Assembly (NCBI RefSeq): GCF_013365455.1
Contig: NZ_CP046578.1
Span: 450,001 to 482,000, forward strand
DNA length: 32,000 nt
Source: Wolbachia endosymbiont of Dirofilaria (Dirofilaria) immitis
GTDB lineage: Bacteria; Pseudomonadota; Alphaproteobacteria; Rickettsiales; Anaplasmataceae
Direction of reading: 5' to 3'
Each line of letters starts with the position of its first letter. The stretch's first letter is position 1. Of the stretch, positions 29,323 through 32,000 are shown in pieces. The position numbers were made by a program, and so were the translations under genes. The notes beneath the pieces were generated by a model. It ran no database searches and was not told the DNA's origin. It saw only the letters and a program-made list of their open reading frames with translations.

Positions 29323-32000
29323 ATGAGATTAGATATTATAAATCCCAATTTTTCTGTGTGGGTAAACGCATCTGCTGGTGCAGGCAAAACAAAAATCTTA
29401 ATAGATAGAGTATTAAGACTTTTATTAGAAAATAAGAGAAATATTCTCTGCTTAACATTCACCAATGCTGCAGCAAATGAAATGGAGGGTCGCATTCACA
29501 ACATACTGAGTAAGTGGGCCATGTGTTCGAATAGTGAATTAATTGCATCTTTAGAGCAATTAGGTCTCTCCTTACTGTCACTTAAGTGCCACCATTCACC
29601 ATTCCAGGATCCAATACTAAAATCCAAAGAAAATAAAGTATCTGATCATTATATAATCCGAGCAAGAAGGCTTTTTTCTGAATTGGAAAATTTGGGCTTA
29701 ACTATACAGACCATACATGCTTTTTGTTACAAATTAATCTCCAACTTCCCTATAGAAGCTGGCATCTCTCCAAATTATATGCTGAGTGAGTGCAAAGAAT
29801 TACATTCTATAGCATTCAAAAAAACGCTTTACAACGAAGCCGTGCAAGATAGTATAGACTCTATTGCAGCAGAAATTGATGAAAATAAACTGCGCGATTT
29901 ACTTTACACTTTATGTGTAAGAAGGCCATTACCAGCAACTGATTTAGAATATATAAAAGATAAACTTGGTGTTCCAGATGAAGTTCATGACCTAGCAAAC
30001 GAGACGATTAGGTATATAGAAAGGTTATCTGAAATATTAAGCAATGGCGGTAAAAGAGAGCGAAGTTATAGTGTCATACTCTCCAATTGGTGTAGCGGCA
30101 CAAAAACATCTGCCACCCAAGCAACTAATACTAAAATACAGGAAAAAAAGGATGTAGATTTTAAGGTAATGTACTGGAATACCAAAATAGAAAATTTAGC
30201 TAAGATATTTTTAAAATCAGAATCTTATGAAAAAAAAAGCATATCATCTATAATAACAAAAGGCATCTTAGAGAAATTCAAAGATGCAGAATGGATAGTA
30301 AAGAATATTCAGAATATAGTATTTACTTATACAAGAGATATTAACTCCTATAAAATATTCAAGAGAACTAGCAACTTACTTAACATATTCAAAGTGTACA
30401 CTGACTTATATAACAGTGAAAAATCAAAAAATGCATTACTCGACTACAACGATATAATCGACTTAGCAACAAATCTTCTAAGTAATCCAGAGTATAAAGA
30501 TTGGGTATTGTTTAACTTAGATCAAAAAATAGATCACATTCTTATTGATGAAGCACAAGATAATAGCATTGATCAATGGAAAATTATAATAAATCTCTGT
30601 GACAAATTCTTTACCAGTGGTGAAGAAAAACGAACCCTGTTTGTTGTTGGCGACATAAAACAATCTATTTACAGATTTCAAGGGGCAAATCCCTATCTAT
30701 TTAATCACATGCAACAATACTTCTATACAAAAACTGGTAACAGAAACTGGATATCATGCCAACTTAAAAAATCATTTCGCTCAGCTCCAGAAATTCTAGC
30801 ATTTGTAGATAAAATATTCAACAACTTTTGCAAAGAGATATCCTTTATTGATAGTGAAATAAAACATACTCCAAACAGAAAAAATGATCAAGGGTATATT
30901 GAAATTTGGCCACTATTACCAAGCCTCAAAGAAGAAAAACAGCAGACTTTACAAATTCATTTAACAGATAAAAAAGATTACATAATGTTAGACCGCCTGC
31001 TTGCTCAATCAATAGCTCAAAAAATTCACAACTGGTTAAGCAAAGGGCGAATCTTAGTTGCTAAAGATCGCCATATAGAACCAAGAGACATTATGATCTT
31101 AGTACGGCAAAGAAATGTGTTAGTTGATTATATAGTGAGCGAGCTTAAAAAAGCAAAAGTGCCGGTTATAGGGCGAGACTATTTTAAGATTATGGACTAT
31201 ATAGTTATACAGGATTTAATAGCTTTAGCCGAATTTTTACTCCTTCCTACAAATGATTTAGCTCTTGCGAATGTTTTAAAATCTCCACTATTTAACTTTA
31301 CTGAAGATGATTTATTTAGCATTGCATATGATCGTAAAGAACAGTCGTTATGGGAAAGACTTCATAATTATTGCTGGATTGTCTATAGTGAATTAAACTA
31401 TCTTATCAACTTATCTCGTATAGAATCACCTCTTACATTGTTCACACATATAATACACACAGGCAAGAAGAAATTTGCTGCAAGACTTGGTACTGAGTAC
31501 TTCGAAGTCTTAGATGAGTTTATAAACCTTGTGTTAAAATTTGAAAACCTATCCCTTCAAGCATTTATTCAATGGATCAAAGAAAATAATCCAGAAATTA
31601 AAAATGATACACAATTAAAGCGCAATGCTGTGCGGATAATGACAATCCACAAATCAAAAGGCCTGCAAGCTCCTATAGTATTCTTAGTTGATACAAATAC
31701 GGTACCAAGAAACAATGAGAACATTATTTTTGATATAATGGAAGCACCATTTTGGTGTGGAAAGGATACTAACATTCATTGTGACCAAGTAAAGAGAGAG
31801 AGGAAAATGGAGGACTATAATGAATATTTACGTTTGCTATATGTAGCACTTACTCGCGCTGAAGATGAATTATATATTTTAGGTAAAGAGCCAGTACAAA
31901 AAGGTTCTTGGTATGATCTGCTTACTAAGCAGCAAGAGCTATATGAAAAGAAACAAGCTTGGTTACAGCCGATGTTTAAAGAAAAAGTTAAAGTACTATG
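29323..32000 (+). CDS. addA: Double-strand break repair helicase AddA (UvrD/REP superfamily 1), N-terminal about 892 codons. The gene continues past the right window edge.
   Basis: I translated the frame starting at ATG 29323 codon by codon through 30720 with no stop, and read the rest to position 32000 less rigorously. There is a stop upstream at 29254-29256. SF1 helicase motifs: Walker A NASAGAGKTK, LTFTNAAANEM, motif II ILIDEAQDNS, motif III VVGDIKQSIYRFQGA, motif V MTIHKSKGLQAPIVFL, motif VI LLYVALTRAEDELYI. It is absent from the ORF track because no stop lies inside the window. Confidence 0.85.
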   Translation, partial: MRLDIINPNFSVWVNASAGAGKTKILIDRVLRLLLENKRNILCLTFTNAAANEMEGRIHNILSKWAMCSNSELIASLEQLGLSLLSLKCHHSPFQDPILKSKENKVSDHYIIRARRLFSELENLGLTIQTIHAFCYKLISNFPIEAGISPNYMLSECKELHSIAFKKTLYNEAVQDSIDSIAAEIDENKLRDLLYTLCVRRPLPATDLEYIKDKLGVPDEVHDLANETIRYIERLSEILSNGGKRERSYSVILSNWCSGTKTSATQATNTKIQEKKDVDFKVMYWNTKIENLAKIFLKSESYEKKSISSIITKGILEKFKDAEWIVKNIQNIVFTYTRDINSYKIFKRTSNLLNIFKVYTDLYNSEKSKNALLDYNDIIDLATNLLSNPEYKDWVLFNLDQKIDHILIDEAQDNSIDQWKIIINLCDKFFTSGEEKRTLFVVGDIKQSIYRFQGANPYLFNHMQQYFYTKTGNRNWISCQLKKSFRSAPEILAFVDKIFNNFCKEISFIDSEIKHTPNRKNDQGYIEIWPLLPSLKEEKQQTLQIHLTDKKDYIMLDRLLAQSIAQKIHNWLSKGRILVAKDRHIEPRDIMILVRQRNVLVDYIVSELKKAKVPVIGRDYFKIMDYIVIQDLIALAEFLLLPTNDLALANVLKSPLFNFTEDDLFSIAYDRKEQSLWERLHNYCWIVYSELNYLINLSRIESPLTLFTHIIHTGKKKFAARLGTEYFEVLDEFINLVLKFENLSLQAFIQWIKENNPEIKNDTQLKRNAVRIMTIHKSKGLQAPIVFLVDTNTVPRNNENIIFDIMEAPFWCGKDTNIHCDQVKRERKMEDYNEYLRLLYVALTRAEDELYILGKEPVQKGSWYDLLTKQQELYEKKQAWLQPMFKEKVKVL

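Noticed and set aside
14017-31775. Remaining short track ORFs opposite supported genes. These are 14017-14502, 14503-14763, 16449-16664, 17379-17600, 18848-19105, 19502-19702, 20892-21074, 21091-21315, 21414-21632, 23178-23450, 25460-25756, 27660-28019, 28389-28583, 28755-29162, 29301-29495 and 31569-31775.
   Set aside because: They are shadow ORFs of the ABC exporter, argS, nhaC, rluC, pdhA, dxr, dapB, znuB, ispE and addA. Their composition is Ser/Leu/Ile/Phe-rich, as expected from the antisense strand of AT-rich coding DNA.

Overview
This AT-rich window looks like a housekeeping segment of a reduced alphaproteobacterial endosymbiont chromosome (Rickettsiales/Anaplasmataceae type). The gene content, a decayed IS5-type transposase relic and long ORF-free spacers make a Wolbachia-like genome my best guess. 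I cannot prove that without a database search.

I can support 27 protein-coding genes:
- ctaB (partial, not in the ORF track because it runs off the left edge), coxA and coxB
- a HlyD-family type I secretion membrane-fusion protein
- fabG
- an isolated VirB2/TrbC-type T4SS pilin
- an M48/TPR protease
- ribB, greA, atpA and atpH
- ubiE
- an ABCB/MsbA-type exporter
- argS
- an NhaC-family antiporter
- an RluC-like pseudouridine synthase
- pdhA and hemJ
- one 169-aa acidic orphan protein
- dxr, pstB, dapB and holA
- znuB-like permease, an Mth938-like small protein and ispE
- addA (partial, runs off the right edge, so also missing from the ORF track)

I found no rRNA, tRNA, CRISPR array, intact mobile element or prophage. 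I also found no convincing multi-gene novel system such as a defence island or toxin-antitoxin pair.

The observations most worth a second look are:
- the acidic orphan ORF at 22414-22923, which has its own near-consensus promoter
- three abnormally long ORF-free spacers (913, 1169 and 641 bp) that isolate ubiE and the ABC exporter in a 5.1 kb stretch that is only about 47% coding
- the transposase relic upstream of the cox operon
- the stand-alone VirB2-like pilin gene
- a possibly leaderless hlyD
- several scrambled, tightly coupled operons of unrelated function (atpH-atpA-greA-ribB, dapB-pstB, ispE-Mth938-znuB)

All promoter and terminator calls are motif-based and low confidence.
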